A stretch of 64,000 bases of DNA from Takakia lepidozioides (GCA_030704615.1 CM060732.1:2232001-2296000), one strand, 5' to 3'; shown: positions 1-13,471, counted from the first letter of the stretch. A program made the numbers and translations. Notes: generated from the sequence alone by a model not told the origin.

Positions 1-2968
1 AAGGCGATGGGGAGCCGAGCCCAGATTGGATCAAGGGGATTTTGGAGAAATACCAGGATGTGATGCCGGAGGATTTACCAAGCGGCTTGCCACCGCGAAG
101 AGGAGTTGACCACAAGATTGAGGTGATACCGGGATCGGAACCGCCTGCCAAGGCGCCCTACCGGTTGAGCCACAGAGAGTTGATCGAGCTGAAGACTCAG
201 CTCAAGGATCTAATGTCAAAGGGGTATATCCGGCCGAGTAAGTCACCTTACGGAGCCCCGGTGCTATTTGCAGACAAGAAGGATGGGACGCTGCGGATGT
301 GTGTCGATTACAGGGCTCTGAATAAGGTGACTATCAAAAACCGGTACCCTTTGCCAAGGATCGACGACCTCTTCGATCGGTTGGCAGGAGCGAAGTATTT
401 CAGCCGGATCGACTTGCGCTCCGGCTATCATCAAATTCGGGTGGCGGAAGGAGATGAGGAGAAGACCGCGTGCAGGACAAGGTATGGTTCATATGAGTTC
501 TTGGTGATGCCTTTTGGGCTCACCAATGCACCAGCGACATTTAGCACGCTGATGAACAGCCTTTTCCAGGAGTGGTTGGATGACTTTGTGATCGTGTACA
601 TCGACGACATCTTGGTGTACTCGAAAACAAAGGAAGAACACCTGGAGCACCTAAAAAGGGTGTTCCAAAAATTGCGAGAAGGGAAGTTGTATGCCAAAGC
701 TTCAAAATGCGAATTCGGGGTCACAAAAGTGGAGTTCCTGGGGCATGTGATTACACAGGATGGGATCAAAATGGATGACAGAAAGGTGAGGGCGATCTTG
801 GACTGGGAGCCTCCGACTTCGGTCCCGGGAGTGCGATCCTTCATAGGACTCGCCTCCTATTACCGGAAGTATGTGAGAAATTTTGCCAAGATCGCGAGGC
901 CGTTGTCGGACCTTCTGTGTAAATCCAAAGTCTGGGAATGGAATACATTTTGTGGCCAAGCTTTTGCTGAATTGAAGCAGCGGATGGCGGAAGCTCCAGT
1001 CTTGAAAATCCCGAAGTTCGATCGTCCATTTGAGATTCATACAGATGCGTTGGACTTCGCGATTGGGGGTGTACTTATGCAAGATGGACGTCCAGTGGCT
1101 TACGAAAGTAAAAAACTGAATGAAGTGGAGCGACGGTGGCCGACGCACGAAAAAGTGATGAAGGAGGTGGTGCATTGCCTCGAGCTTTGGCGCCACTATG
1201 TTGGTTCCAACCCAATGAAGGTGTTCACGGACAATGTCACGATGAAGTATTTTGCCACGCAGCCCAAGTTGTCTCCAAAACAACTTAGGTGGCAAGATAC
1301 TTTGGCGGTGTTCGACGTGGATATCCAGTACAAACCGGGACGAGACAACGTGGTGACCGATGCTTTAAGTAGAAAGCAGCAGCTCTTGTTGGTGTACAAG
1401 GGCGAGACGACGCTCCAAAGGAAGATCCGGAAGGCTTGCCGGAAGGATGAGCTGGCAAAGTCCGCGATGCAGGACTTGAGGATGGGGGGTAAATCGCAGT
1501 TCCACTTGCAAAATGGACTGCTCCGGTATAAGCAAAAACATCTCTACGTGCCGAAGGGAGGGATCAGAGATAGCCTCTTGAGAGAATGCCATGATAGCCC
1601 GCTTGCGGGCCACGGCGGAGCCAAGCGCACTGCGTCACTCTTGAAGAAAGAGTATTTCTGGCCCAAACTGAAGGAGGAGGCAGAGGAGTATGTCAAGACA
1701 TGCACCACATGCCAACAAAACCGAAGCGAGTACAAAAAGCAAGCGGGGCTGTTACAACCCTTGCCAATTCCAGAGGGGACTTGGGAAAGCGTCTCGATGG
1801 ATTTCATGACTGATATGCCGCTGTCAAAAGGATTCGATGCAATCATGGTGGTGGTGGATAGGTTCAGTAAAATGGGCCATTTCATCCCCACCAAGGAGAC
1901 GGCAACGGCGCAGGAGACAGGGCGACTTTACTTCGCCCACGTCTTAAAACATCATGGAGTCCCGAAGGATATTGTCTCGGACCGCGATCCAAAGTTTACG
2001 AGTAAATTTTGGAGGGCACTTTGGAAGAAGATGGGGACGAGGCTGAAGATGAGCACCGCCTTCCGACCTACGACCGACGGCCAAACAGAAAGGGTGAATT
2101 CCGTAGTGAAGCAGATCTTGCGGAATTACGTGTCGGCGGACCAAACAGACTGGGTGGAACACTTAGACGCGGCAGAGTTCTGTTATAATAACACAGAACA
2201 CTCCGCAACGGGAGTTTCCCCTTTCGTACTGGTCTATGGAAAAGCACCTCTGGTGCCGACAAGTTGGGCCGCCCAGGACGTTGAGGAACCGGCAGTAGCG
2301 GTGGTACTGGAAGAACGCGAGCGTTTGTTGAAGCTCGCAAAGTACAATATTGCCAAAGCTAGGAAACGCGGAGGCGCTCACTAGGTGGAGCCCCGCACAC
2401 CGGGTTGCGGTGGGGGTGGCTCCACAAGGGGTGGTGGTAGCTTAGCGGGACTTAGTGGGGGTGGCATAGGACTCACCATGGGGGCGGAGACCTCGTGATG
2501 GGAGTCGTGGGGAGTCTTGGGACTCATCACGGTCCATAGGGGCCGTAGTGAGTGGGCCAAGACTCACCGCGACTCATCACCGGGAGTCGAGGGTTTTCGT
2601 GGTGGTTCGCCATAAAATGGCATGGCTGGTTGTGAAACCCCCGTGGACAGCTACAGAAGTATATATAAGGGGAGTAGTGACCCCGAGAACGGTGCAAGCC
2701 CGTTGGTGACCAAAAACTAGTGAGTAAGCGAGCGAGCCGGAAAGCGACCAAAGAGTGGGGAGCTGTTCCGGACTGCCATCTACCAAAGGGAATTCTCCTA
2801 GTCCCAAATAGGTGGAGGGTTTAGTGGGAAGCGAAGGGGGACCGTTATGTCCCGGTGAGCAGACGAAGCTCCAAGTTGGCCCGGGCGGCAAGGTTGGGAG
2901 TCAGGCGCGCGCATCAAAGCGAGTAACTATGACTTGAAGGGGAGCTTATCGAAGTGAGGTGCGCGACA
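1..2968 (+). mobile_element. Ty3/gypsy LTR retrotransposon, 3' part (pol + truncated 3' LTR), internally deleted
   Basis: pol ORF, then GC-rich LTR-like DNA with TATATAA at ~2662, ending ...GCGCGACA at 2968, where similarity to the MULE at 49415-53907 begins. Confidence 0.85.
42..2384 (+). CDS. Ty3/gypsy Pol (RT, RNase H, integrase), lacks the GPY/F C-terminus
   Basis: [30 protein letters not shown], integrase HHCC (HDSPLAGH...CTTC), VSMDF, IVSDRD, TDGQTER. Diverges after KARKR, whereas the related fragment at 25884-26295 continues into YAGPF...HPVFHVSLLK. Confidence 0.93.
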   Translation: MEKYQDVMPEDLPSGLPPRRGVDHKIEVIPGSEPPAKAPYRLSHRELIELKTQLKDLMSKGYIRPSKSPYGAPVLFADKKDGTLRMCVDYRALNKVTIKNRYPLPRIDDLFDRLAGAKYFSRIDLRSGYHQIRVAEGDEEKTACRTRYGSYEFLVMPFGLTNAPATFSTLMNSLFQEWLDDFVIVYIDDILVYSKTKEEHLEHLKRVFQKLREGKLYAKASKCEFGVTKVEFLGHVITQDGIKMDDRKVRAILDWEPPTSVPGVRSFIGLASYYRKYVRNFAKIARPLSDLLCKSKVWEWNTFCGQAFAELKQRMAEAPVLKIPKFDRPFEIHTDALDFAIGGVLMQDGRPVAYESKKLNEVERRWPTHEKVMKEVVHCLELWRHYVGSNPMKVFTDNVTMKYFATQPKLSPKQLRWQDTLAVFDVDIQYKPGRDNVVTDALSRKQQLLLVYKGETTLQRKIRKACRKDELAKSAMQDLRMGGKSQFHLQNGLLRYKQKHLYVPKGGIRDSLLRECHDSPLAGHGGAKRTASLLKKEYFWPKLKEEAEEYVKTCTTCQQNRSEYKKQAGLLQPLPIPEGTWESVSMDFMTDMPLSKGFDAIMVVVDRFSKMGHFIPTKETATAQETGRLYFAHVLKHHGVPKDIVSDRDPKFTSKFWRALWKKMGTRLKMSTAFRPTTDGQTERVNSVVKQILRNYVSADQTDWVEHLDAAEFCYNNTEHSATGVSPFVLVYGKAPLVPTSWAAQDVEEPAVAVVLEERERLLKLAKYNIAKARKRGGAH

Positions 2969-3626
2969 CGTCTACACCGGAGTTCATGGGCAGGAGGAAC
3001 GTGCCTTTTTTTGCCAGGGGGGATTTCATGCCTAGTCCAGAAAGGGAGTACATCCTTCCTCCTTATGCTGCCCGGCTTGCTTCGGTGTCCATTAGGAGGT
3101 GTTCCGAACGTAGTCGTGTACAACAGATTTTAGACGAGGCAAGCCTCAAGAAAATGAAGATGAGGGAGGAGGCAGCAGCTATTAGAGCCCGTCGGGCTCG
3201 TAGATTTGTCTTGGATTCTGCTGAAGAAAGAGGGGGAGAAGACGCAGAACATTCCCAGGAGGTGAGGTGGACAGTCCCCCAAGGAGAGGACGAGATTTTT
3301 GAGAGGCATAGTGGAACTGATGCATCACAGAGCTCATAGGACGAGGGGGATGAGGGGGATGAGGAAGAAAGTGGGGCAAGTTCTTCGGAGGGTGTAGGAG
3401 AGTAGTGCCCATTCCGGCTATGACAGTTAGAACACACTTGTATAGACGTGGTTTGCCACAAAATTTGCAATAAAATATTGCATTTCAAGTCCACTGGTGC
3501 CACATTCCAACTTCACATGACCCTATTTCCGTGCCTCCTAACCCTATTACCGTGGACTCACAATGGTCTGCTCATGCTTTTTTTTTTTCCCCTCATGCTC
3601 ATGCCGCTCATGAAATAGCAGCCCCC
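2969..3626 (-). mobile_element. Terminal fragment of the methyltransferase-carrying MULE family (last exon of cargo gene + TIR)
   Basis: Close reverse-complement match to ~49415-50090 (TSTP.FMGRRNV.FFARGDFMPSPER.YILP...). Ends in TIR GCTCATGAAATAGCAGCCCCC at 3626; premature TAG at 3337-3339. Confidence 0.85.
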
Positions 3627-6600
3627 GGCTCAATTAGTGTGCGGTCCCGCACAGCTTCCAATTCGGGGTGGAATCAACCTACCATAGTGGCCCTATGTGG
3701 CCGTTTTGAACAGCAAAAAACAAGCAAAATGGGGGGCGCAAACAGTGTGCGGTGCCGCACACTGTTTGAGCTTCCAATTCGGGGTGGATTAAACGTGCCA
3801 TAGTGGCCCTATGTCGCCGTTTTGAACATCAGAAAACAAGAAAAATGGGGGGCTCAAATACAGTGCGTTGCCGCACACAGTTTGAGCTTCCAATTTGGGG
3901 TGGATTCAACCTGCCATAGTGGCCCTATGTGGACATTTTGAACATGAAAAAACAAGCAAAGTGGGTGGCTCAAAAAGTGTGCGGTGCCGTACACTGTTTG
4001 AGCTTCCAATTCGGGGTGGATGCAACCTGCCATACTGGCCCTATGTGGCCGTTTTGAACATCAAAGAAGAAGCATAATGGGGGGCTCAATTAGTGTGCGG
4101 TACCGCACACTGTTTGAGCTTCCAATTCAGGGTGGATTCAATCTGCCACAGTGGCCCTATGTGGCCGTTTTGAACATCAAAAACCAAGCAAAATGGGGGG
4201 CTCAAATAGTGTGTGGTGCCGCACACTGTTTGAGCTTCCAATTCAGGGTGGATTCAACCTGCCATAGTGGCCCTATGTGGCCGTTTTGAACATCAGAAAA
4301 GACGCAAAATGGGGGGCTCAATTAGTGTGCGTACCGCAAACTGTTTGAGTTTCCAATTCGGGGTGGATTCAACCTGCCATAGTGGCCCTCTATGGCCGTT
4401 TTGAACATCAAAAAACAAGCGAAATGGGGGGCTCAAAAAGTGTGCGGTGCCGCACACTGTTTGAGCTTCCAATTCGGGGTGGATTCAACCTGCCATAGTG
4501 GCCCTGTGTTGCCGTTTTGAATATCAAAAAAGAAGCAAAATAGGGGGCTCAATTAGTGTGCGGTACCGCACACTGTTTGAGCTTCCAATTCGGGGTGGAT
4601 TCAACCTGCCATAGTGGCCCTATGTGGCCATTTTGAACATAAAAAAACAAGCAAAATGGGAGGCTCAAACAGTATGCGGTGCCGCATACTGTTTGAGCTT
4701 CCAATTCGGGGTGGATTCAACCTGCCATAGTGGCCCTATGTGGCCGTTTTGAACATCAAAAAACAATCAAAATGGGGGGCTCAAAGAGTGTGCGGTGCCG
4801 CACACTGTTTGAGCTTCCAATTCGGGGTGGATTCAAGCTGCTATAGTGGCCCTATCTGGCCGTTTTGAACATCAAAAAACAAGCAAAATGGGGGGCTGAA
4901 ACAGTGTGCGGTGCTGCACACAATTTGAACTTCCAATTCGGGGTCGATTCAACCTGCCATAGTGGCCCTATGTCGCCGTTTTGAACATAAAAAAACAAGC
5001 AAAATGGGGGGCTCAAATAGTGTGCGGTGCCGCACACTGTTTGAGATTCCAATTCGGGGTGGATTCAACCTGCCATAGTGGCCCTATGTGGCCATTTTGA
5101 ACATAAAAAAACAAGCAAAATGGGGGGCTCAAATAGTGTGCGGTCCCACACACTGTTTGAGCTTCCAATTCGGGGTGGATTCAACCTGCCATAGTGGCCC
5201 TATGTGGCCGTTTTGAACATCAAAGAAGAAGCATAATGGGGGGCTCAATTAGTGTGTGGTGCTGCCGCACACTGTTTGAGCTTCCAATTCGGGGTGGATT
5301 CAATCTGCCACAGTGGCCCTATGTGGCCGTTTTGAACATCAAAAAACAAGCATAATGGGGGGCTCAAACAGTGTGCGGTGCCCCACACTGTTTGAGCTTC
5401 CAATTCGGGGTGGATTCAACCTGCCACAGTGGCTCTATGTGGCTGTTTTGAACATCAAAAAACAAGCAAAATGGGGGGCTCAAAGAATATGCGATGCCGC
5501 ACACTGTTTGAGCTTCCAATTCGGGGTGGATTCAACCTGCCATAGTGGCCCTATGTGGCCGTTTGGAACATCAGAAAAGAAGCAAAATCGGGGGCTCAAT
5601 TAGTGTGCGGTACCGCACACTGTTTGAGCTTCCAATTCGGGGTGGATTCAACCCGCCATAGTGGCCCTCTATGGCCGTTTTGAACATCAAAAAACAAGCA
5701 AAATGGGGGGCTCAAAAAGTGTGCGGTGCCGCACACTATTTGAGCTTCCAATTCGGGGTGGATTCAACCTGCCATAGTGGCCATGTGTTGCCGTTTTGAA
5801 TATCAAAAAGAAGCAAAAAGGGGGGCTCAATTAGTGTGCGGTACCGCACACTGTTTGAGCTTCCAATTCGGGGTGGATTCAACCTGCCATAGTGGCCCTA
5901 TGTGGCCATTTTGAACATAAAAAAACAAGCAAAATGGGAGGCTCAAAAAGTATGCGGTGCCGCAGACTGTTTGAGCTTCCAATTCGGGGTGGATTGAACC
6001 TGCCATAGTGGCCCTATGTGGCCGTTTTGAACATCAAAAAACAAGCAAAATGGGGGGCTCAAACAATGTGCGGTGCCGCACACTGTTTGAGATTCCAATT
6101 TGGGGTGGATTCAAGCTGCCATAGTGGCCCTATCTCGCAGTTTTGAACATCAAAAAAGCAAAATGGGTGGCTCAAACAGTGTGCGGTGCCGCACACTGTT
6201 TGAGCTTCCAATTCGGGGTGGATTCAACCTGCCATAGTGGCCCTATGTGGCCAGTTTGAATATCAAAAAACAAGCAAAATGGGGGGCTCAAACAGTATGC
6301 GGTCCCGCTCACTATTTGAGCTTCCAATTCGGTGTGGATTCAACCTGCCGTAGTGGCCCTATAAGGCCGTTTTGAACATGAAAAAACAAGCAAACTGGGT
6401 GGCTCAAAGAGTGTGCGGTGCCGCACACTGTTTGAGCTTCAAAATTCGGGGTGGATTCAACCTGCCATAGTGGCCCTATGTGGCCGTTTTGAACATCAAA
6501 GAAGAAGCATAATGGGGGGCTCAATTAGTGTGCGGTACCGCACACTGTTTGAGCTTCCAATTCGGGGTGGATTCAATCTGCCACAGTGGCCCTATGTGGC

Positions 6601-9459
6601 CGTTTTGAACATCAAAAAACAAGAAAATGGGGGGCTCAAACAGTGTGCGGTGCCGCACACTATTTGAGCTTCCAATTCGGGGTGGATTCAAGCTAGCATA
6701 TTGGCCCTATGTGGCCGTTTTGAACATCAAAAAACAAGCAAAATGGGGGGCTCAAATAGTGTGTGGCGCCGCACACTGTTTGAGCTTCCGATTCGGGGTG
6801 GATTCAACCTGCCATAGTGGCCGTGTGTTGCCGTTCTGAATATCAAAAAAGAAGCAAAATGGGGGGCTCAATTAGTGTGCGGTACCGCACACTGTTTGAG
6901 CTTCCAATTCGGAGTGGATTGAACCTGCCATAGTGGCCCTATGTGGCCCTTTTGAACATAAAAAAACAAGCAAAATGGGGGGCTGAAACATTGTGCGGTG
7001 CTGCACACAATTTGAGCTTCCAATTAGGGGGTGGATTCAACCTCCCATAGTTGCCCTATGTGGCCGTTTTGAACATCAAAAAACAAGCAAAATGGGGGGC
7101 TCAAATAGTGTGCCGTGCCGCACACTGTTTGAGCTTCCAATTCGGGGTGGATTCAACCTGCCATAGTGGCCCTATGTGGCTGTTTTGAACATCAAAAAAG
7201 AAGCAAAATGGGGGGCTCAAACAGTATGCGGTGCCGCACACTGTTTGAGCTTCCAATTCGGGGTGGATTCAACCTGCCATAGTGGCCCTATGTGGCCAGT
7301 TTGAATATCAAAAAACAAGCAAAATGGGGGGCTCAAACAGTATGCGGTGCCGCTCACTATTTGAGCTTCCAATTCGGGGTGGATTCAACCTGCCATAGTG
7401 GCCCTATAAGGCCGTTTTGAAAATGAAAAAACAAGGAAACTGGGTGGCTCAAAGAGTGTGCGGTGCCGCACACTGTTTGAGCTTCAAAATTCGGGGTGGA
7501 TTTAACCTGCCATAGTGGCCCTATGTGGCCTTTATGAACATCAAAGAAGAAGCATAATGGGGGGCTCAATTAGTGTGCAGTACCGCACAGTGTTTAAGCT
7601 TCCAATTCGGAGTGGATTCAACCTGCCATAGTGGCCCTATGTGGCCATTTTGAACATAAAAAAACAAGCAAAATGGGGGGCTCAAACAGTATGCGGTGCC
7701 GCACACTGTTTGAGCTTCCAATTCGGGGTGGATTCAACCTGCCATATTGGCCCTATGTGGCCGTTTTGAACAGCAAAGAAGAAGCATAATGGGGGGCTCA
7801 ATTAGTGTGCGGTGCCGCACACTGTTTCAGCTTCCAATTCGGGGTGGATTCAATCTGCCACAGTGGCCCTATGTGGCAGTTTTGAACATGAAAAAACAAG
7901 CAAAATGGGGGGCTCAAACAGTGTGCCGTGCCGCACACTGTTTGAGCTTCCAATTCGGGGTGGATTCAACCTGCCATAGTGGTGCTATGTGGCCATTTTG
8001 AACATCAAAAAACAAGCAAATTGGGGGGCTGAAACAGTGTGCGGTGCCGCACACTATTTGAGTTTCCAATTCGGGGTGGATTCAACCTGCCATAGTGGCC
8101 CTATGTGGCCGTTTTGAACATCAAAAAACAAGCAAAATGGGGGGCTCAAAGAGTGTGCGTTGCCGCACACTGTTTGAGCTTCCGATTCGGGGTGGATTGA
8201 ACCTGCCATTGTGGCCCTATGTGGCGGTTTTGAACATCAAAAAAGAAGCAAAATGGGGGGCTCAAATAGTGTGCGGTGCCGCACACTGTTTGAGCTTCCA
8301 ATTCGGGGTGGATTCAACCTGCCATAATGGCCCTATGTGGCCGTTTTGAACATCAAAAAACAAGCAAAATGGGGGCCTCAAAGAATATGCGGTGCCGCAC
8401 ACTGTTTGAGCTTCCAATTCGGGGTGGATTCAACCTGCCATAATGGCCATATGTGGCCGTTTTGAACATCAAAAAACAAGCAAAATGGGGGCTCAAAGAG
8501 TGTGCGTTGCCGCACACTGTTTGAGCTTCCAATTCGGGGTGGATTGAACCTGCCATTGTGGCCCTATGTGGCTGTTTTGAACATCAAAAAACAAGCAAAA
8601 TGGGGGGCTCAAAAAGTGTGCGGTGCCGCACAGTGTTTGAGCTTTCAATTCGGGGTGGATTCAACCTGCCATAATGGCCCTATGTGGCCATTTTGAACAT
8701 CAAAAAACAAGCAAAATGGGGGGCTCAAAGAATATGCGGTGCCGCACACTGTTTGAGCTTCCAATTCGGGGTGGATTCAACCTGCCATAATGGCCCTATG
8801 TGGCCGTTTTGAACATCAAAAAACAAGCAAAATGGGGGGCTCAAAGAATATGCAATGCCGCACACTGTTTGAGCTTTCAATTCGGGGTGGATTCAACCTG
8901 CCATAGTGGCCCTATGTGGCCATTTTGAACATAAAAAAACAAGCAAAATGGGAGGCTCAAAAAGTATGCGGTGCCGCAGACTGTTTGAGCTTCCAATTCG
9001 GGGTGGATTGAACCAGCCATAGTGGCCCTATGTGGCCGTTTTGAACATCAAAAAACAAGCAAAATGGGGGGCTCAAACAGTGTGCGGTGCCGCACACTGT
9101 TTGAGCTTCGAATTGTGGCCCTATGTAGCCGTTTTGAACATCAAGAAACAAACAAAATGGGGGGCTCAAATAGTGTGCGTTGCCGCACAGTGTTTGAGCT
9201 TACGATTCGGGGTGGATTCAACCTGCCATTGTGGCGCTATGTGGCTCTTTTGAACATGAAAAAACAAGCAAAGGGGGGGCTCAAACAGTGTGCGGTGCCA
9301 CACACTTTTTGAGCTTCCAATTTGGGCTGGATTCAATTTGCCATAGTGGCCCTATGTGGCCGTTTTGAATATTAAAAAACAAGCTAAATGGGGGGCTCAA
9401 ACAGTGTGCGGTGCCGCACATTGTTTGAGCTTCCAATTCAGGGTGGATTCAACCTGCCA
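3627..9459. repeat. Tandem satellite, ~116-bp monomer, ~50 copies, 36-bp palindrome in each unit
   Basis: Monomer GGGGGGCTCAAACAGTGTGCGGTGCCGCACACTGTTTGAGCTTCCAATTCGGGGTGGATTCAACCTGCCATAGTGGCCCTATGTGGCCGTTTTGAACATCAAAAAACAAGCAAAAT; period 3731->3847 = 116. Confidence 0.97.
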
Positions 9460-10830
9460 GAGATGTCGTGTATAGGCGGTTTTTTTCTATCAAAATACAA
9501 GCACAACTAGGGTTCACATCACCAATGAAGCACAAAGGTCGGTCTCAAACATTTTATCTTCTTTTTGGCTGCTCCAGAAGACTCGCCAATCGCCAGAGAC
9601 CCTTTGCGCTTCGGACTGCTCTCTACGCTGAGCATGTTCTGGAGCATCTCCCCCATCCTCTTTTCAACTATCTGGTTCTTCCTGAGGCCATCATCAATAT
9701 CATCTTTGGCGTCCGTCTCGCCCTCGGATTCAGTCTCCTCCTCACCTGTTCTTCGAAGTATGGCGGGCTGCTGTTCTTCTCCAGTTTCCTGCTCTTCCAT
9801 CGCCAGACTTTCCTCTTTGCCCTCTTCTTCCTCCTTTTCCTCTTCGTCTACTCTTTCCATTCTCATTCTATATCTGGCTCTATTCCTGTCCCTAGTGCTC
9901 GTGAAGTATAACGACTTCCTTCTCTTCCTCCTCCGGTGGAAATAAGGGCTCCCCACGCTGCCTCTGGAGCTCTCCAGTTTGACGTTTGCAACAAGCGTTG
10001 CTATGGCATGTAACCAAAGTAAAAATTGGACATTGTTAACCGTATTTGGATGCGGGTGTCATCATTGTGTGCGAACGGAATTCATCCATTTCGGCGTCTT
10101 TGTATTATCCAAGAAACAAAGTGGTGGAAAAAAAGTAGATCCGTTGCATGTACTGGTGATATATGTCAGATGTACTTTGCCGCCTGCCAATACATGGCAG
10201 CCTTCTTGCATTCTTTGAAATTCGGAAGTGCCGTAAAAATCTAATGCTAGTTCAATTTCGAGCAGTACTTGCAGATTCGCAATAATTGTTATGCTTCACA
10301 TATGCGTCCACGTGTGTTGTACTGCCTACCCTGCGGTTTGCATTTCGCCGTCACCGTCGCAATGGGATCATTCGGTATAAAGGGTCGTGTCGGCAATGGT
10401 CATGTGTTGCACACAGTCATGCGAGGTGTCTCCCGGAGTGTCTGTGTTTGTGCTGTGCTCTTCTGGCACAGCACAACCTCATTAGATTTGGGGTCTTCCT
10501 CTTTACTGCTCTCCAGGGTTGTTGCCGTCTTTCCATAATGGATGATTTTATGTCATGTTCAGGGTTTGTTTTTCATCCAAATACAGCACGGCTTCTTGTT
10601 GCTTCTTGTCTTAGAAAACAGTTTTTCTGGTTGGTGTCTCTCAGTGTGGCTGTCTGCGAAGGTCGGTGCATGTCATTCTTACATCCTTCGCATGCATCGC
10701 CCGCAGTCTTTGGGTCAGTGCTACCCTTTTTTACCTCAGTTTGTTTGGGGTGGGTCCCCTTTCGAGAATTACGGGCTATTAGTTTGGGGATTCCTCTGTG
10801 AATCGCAACTTTCTGTCAGTGTACGAAAAC

Positions 10831-11812
10831 ATGTCCAGGGAGCGAGATAGACTCTCTCGATTTCATTCCAATGCAGGTAGTCTTCCACTGACTGCCACTG
10901 TAGATGACGATGGGTTTGCAGTTGTTCATGAGGATGAGCTGGTTACAGTGTTCCCTCTGGAATTGGGTTCTCTGCTTGTTCAAAAAGAGGTGTATGACGA
11001 GGATGGGAATTTGGATTCTGGGCACTTGGAGAAACCATTGGTTGGCGAGTGTGGAAGGAAGTGGAGAGTCCTTCCAGGCACATATTGGGTCCTTGGAAAA
11101 GAGAGAAGACAATCAGCAGGATCAGTAGTTACCCCTGGCACTGCAGCATCGGTCGTGCAGCAGAAGGGCACAGTTTATGTGAAACAAGAGGTGAGCACAT
11201 CCACTACATTCGTGACTCTTTCAGACTCGTCCTCGGAGGATGTTTCTGAGATTCCTCCGCCAATGCAGACTCCATTCTTGGATGATGACGAGTTGCAGGA
11301 GATAACGAGTGTCATTCCGAAATTGAAAGCCCTCGCAGGGGTGCCTGGGTGCAAGAGCGAGCTGCGTTTTGTTGATTGGGAGTCCCTTCGTGTGCAGCGG
11401 GTTCAATAAGTGCCAGCAGAGTTTGATGGGGACATCTTGTTTGTGCTCAACCCTCCCACGTCTTCCAGTGGACTAGCTGGGCTTCTGCAGGGCATGGACA
11501 AGAAACATGACAGACACCCTTGGTGCAGGACAAAAACGTCGAACATCCACAACGACATTGGATTGAAATTTCAAATGTCGGTCTGCGTTGGGCATTGTAA
11601 GTGCGTGAATATTTCTTGCCCTCGCCTGAGAAACAGCGCTAAACCAAATGAAAGTGAGTGGGAAGGTGTGCCCCTGAATCCTTTCACCCCAGGGCTTGCC
11701 CCTCCCAAGACCAATACTTTTGTGTGTAGGTTTTGCAAACTTTCCCCGTCTTGTGTTTCTGTGTGCCACGCTTGTATGTACCAGGTGGCACACCGATGCA
11801 AGACAATGACTC
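10831..11812 (+). pseudogene. MULE transposase N-terminus with GCM-like zinc domain (copy 1), truncated by an LTR insertion
   Basis: Homologous to ORF 22297-23502. In-frame TAA at 11407-11409; GMDKKHDRHPWCRTKTSN...CVGHCKCVNISC...CRFCK. Cut at KTMT by the LTR start TGTTAGAGG at 11813. Confidence 0.75.
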
Positions 11813-13471
11813 TGTTAGAGGGCTGCTTGGGACTTAGACGCTTTTATGGGTTCTGTGGGGTACCCTTAATTTTTGCGCAGACTGAGACCAACAGGAGTCT
11901 TAGGGGTGGCAGGAGTAGGCTTTAGGGAGCTTCGCACAGCCAGTCACAGCCGGGCACAGCTTCGCACAGCCCACCACAGTTTCGCACAGCCAGTCACAGC
12001 CCGACACAACTTTACACAGCAAGTCACAGCTCGGCACAGCTTGACACAGCCTATCACAGTACATGGGGAACAGTTATCATTGACAGGGAACGACTATGAG
12101 GGAACAACATCTGCAGAGGGAACGTGTTACTTCAGGGGTAACAGTTAGTTAGTTAGGTGGTTAGAACAGCTTGGGGGTAGATAAGGAGAGCGGCAACGGG
12201 AAGGGGATCATGACTTGAATGAGGCTTAGTTCATGCAAGCTGTAGAATTATACGGTAGGATAAAATAGAGACACCATGGCATAGGCATGATACATGATTA
12301 ATCCTAATCCGATACTGGTTCGATACAAACATACTGTGTAGAGAGACACGAAAGAAGCTGTGGAATGAATGCATGATTAACTGGAACTTAGTAGATACTG
12401 AAGCAATCTGATGCTTCAGTATACACGGTAAGGTAAATTGATAACATGAAGGCAGGAAGGAATACAAATAGGAAGCACAACCATGATTCACTCTGCAGGT
12501 CATGACTGATTGTTCTGAGCGGGCTTAGTGCTTAGAGATATCCAACTCTTCTATCTTGGAGTTTCCACCTCGGATAGCGAAGGGATGGGTGAGTAAAAGC
12601 CGCTCGACATTTGGCGACCATACTGGGGACCTGGGTCATGAACAACCAGATGTGACAGGCATATGGTGGGATCATGGTGGTTGGAGAATTAAAGAATTTG
12701 ATGTGAATCAAATTCCCTGTGAAACTGAGAAGGAAAGATTGTCTAAACAATTCTTTCAGAGGTTCTTGGAATTGCCAGACGGTTGTAAGGAAAACATTCT
12801 TAAGAGAGTGCATGATGCTGACCCTGAGTGGGGTCTGGAGAAAGGAGTGATAAAGATTTATCAGGTGGCCTGTAGAGGACAAGCACGTCGGTTACCAACA
12901 CTGGTTTATGTGATAGCATTGCTATCCATTAAGCGAGTAGAGTTTGAAGGCTGGGAGGAAAGGAAGGTGAATGTTTATACTCATATGCATGAAGAGCTTA
13001 TATTGGTAAAGAATTGGATTCCAAAGGATATTTTGTGGATCACAATCACACCAAGAACAACTTTCCAGACTTGTTTGCCATATGGTTATATGGTAACAAA
13101 GACTTCTAGTATAGCCAAGGGTGCATTGAAGCTTGAAAGAAACCCAGGCATATACGAGAGATACTACAGAAGAGAGTTTTGGTTATTGCCACATTAAAGA
13201 AATGAAAGACATGGGACATGAGTGATGAAAGAGAAGCTAGACTCCAGAGATATTCAGCAAAAAGATAAAGTTATCTGAAAGCTAATTATCCATATCTTTG
13301 GGAGAGAGGAATAGACATAGGAGAATCATCCGGACCTCTCACACCATTAAGATCAGAGAGTACATCACCCATACCGGAAGAACTAGAGTTGGATGCCACT
13401 CCTTCTTTTTCTTTGCAAGAAAGATTAAGGGAATTGGTACAGGAAGAAGATCAACCACGAGGTGAAAGATC
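11813..13471 (+). mobile_element. Truncated Ty3 element: LTR (11813-12609), PBS and 5' internal region, same family as 13472-21030
   Basis: TGTTAG...CTCGACA followed by TTTGGCGACCATACTGGGG; 12610-13470 nearly identical to 14529-15389. Confidence 0.85.
11931..12060. repeat. 10-bp-period minisatellite (CACAGCC core) inside LTR copy 1
   Basis: Units such as CACAGCCAGT/CACAGCCCGA/CACAGCTTCG; longer array in LTR copy 2. Confidence 0.9.

Noticed and set aside
3895-9312. Many short Cys-rich ORFs in the satellite
   Set aside because: Translations of the tandem monomer in shifting frames
3627-9459. CRISPR array (regularly spaced 36-bp palindromes)
   Set aside because: The 80-bp intervening sequences are near-identical rather than unique spacers; no cas genes; eukaryotic context
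9519-9956. Acidic minus-strand ORF divergent from the GCM gene, as a possible cargo exon
   Set aside because: Low complexity; no alignable similarity to the MTase-like exons by eye
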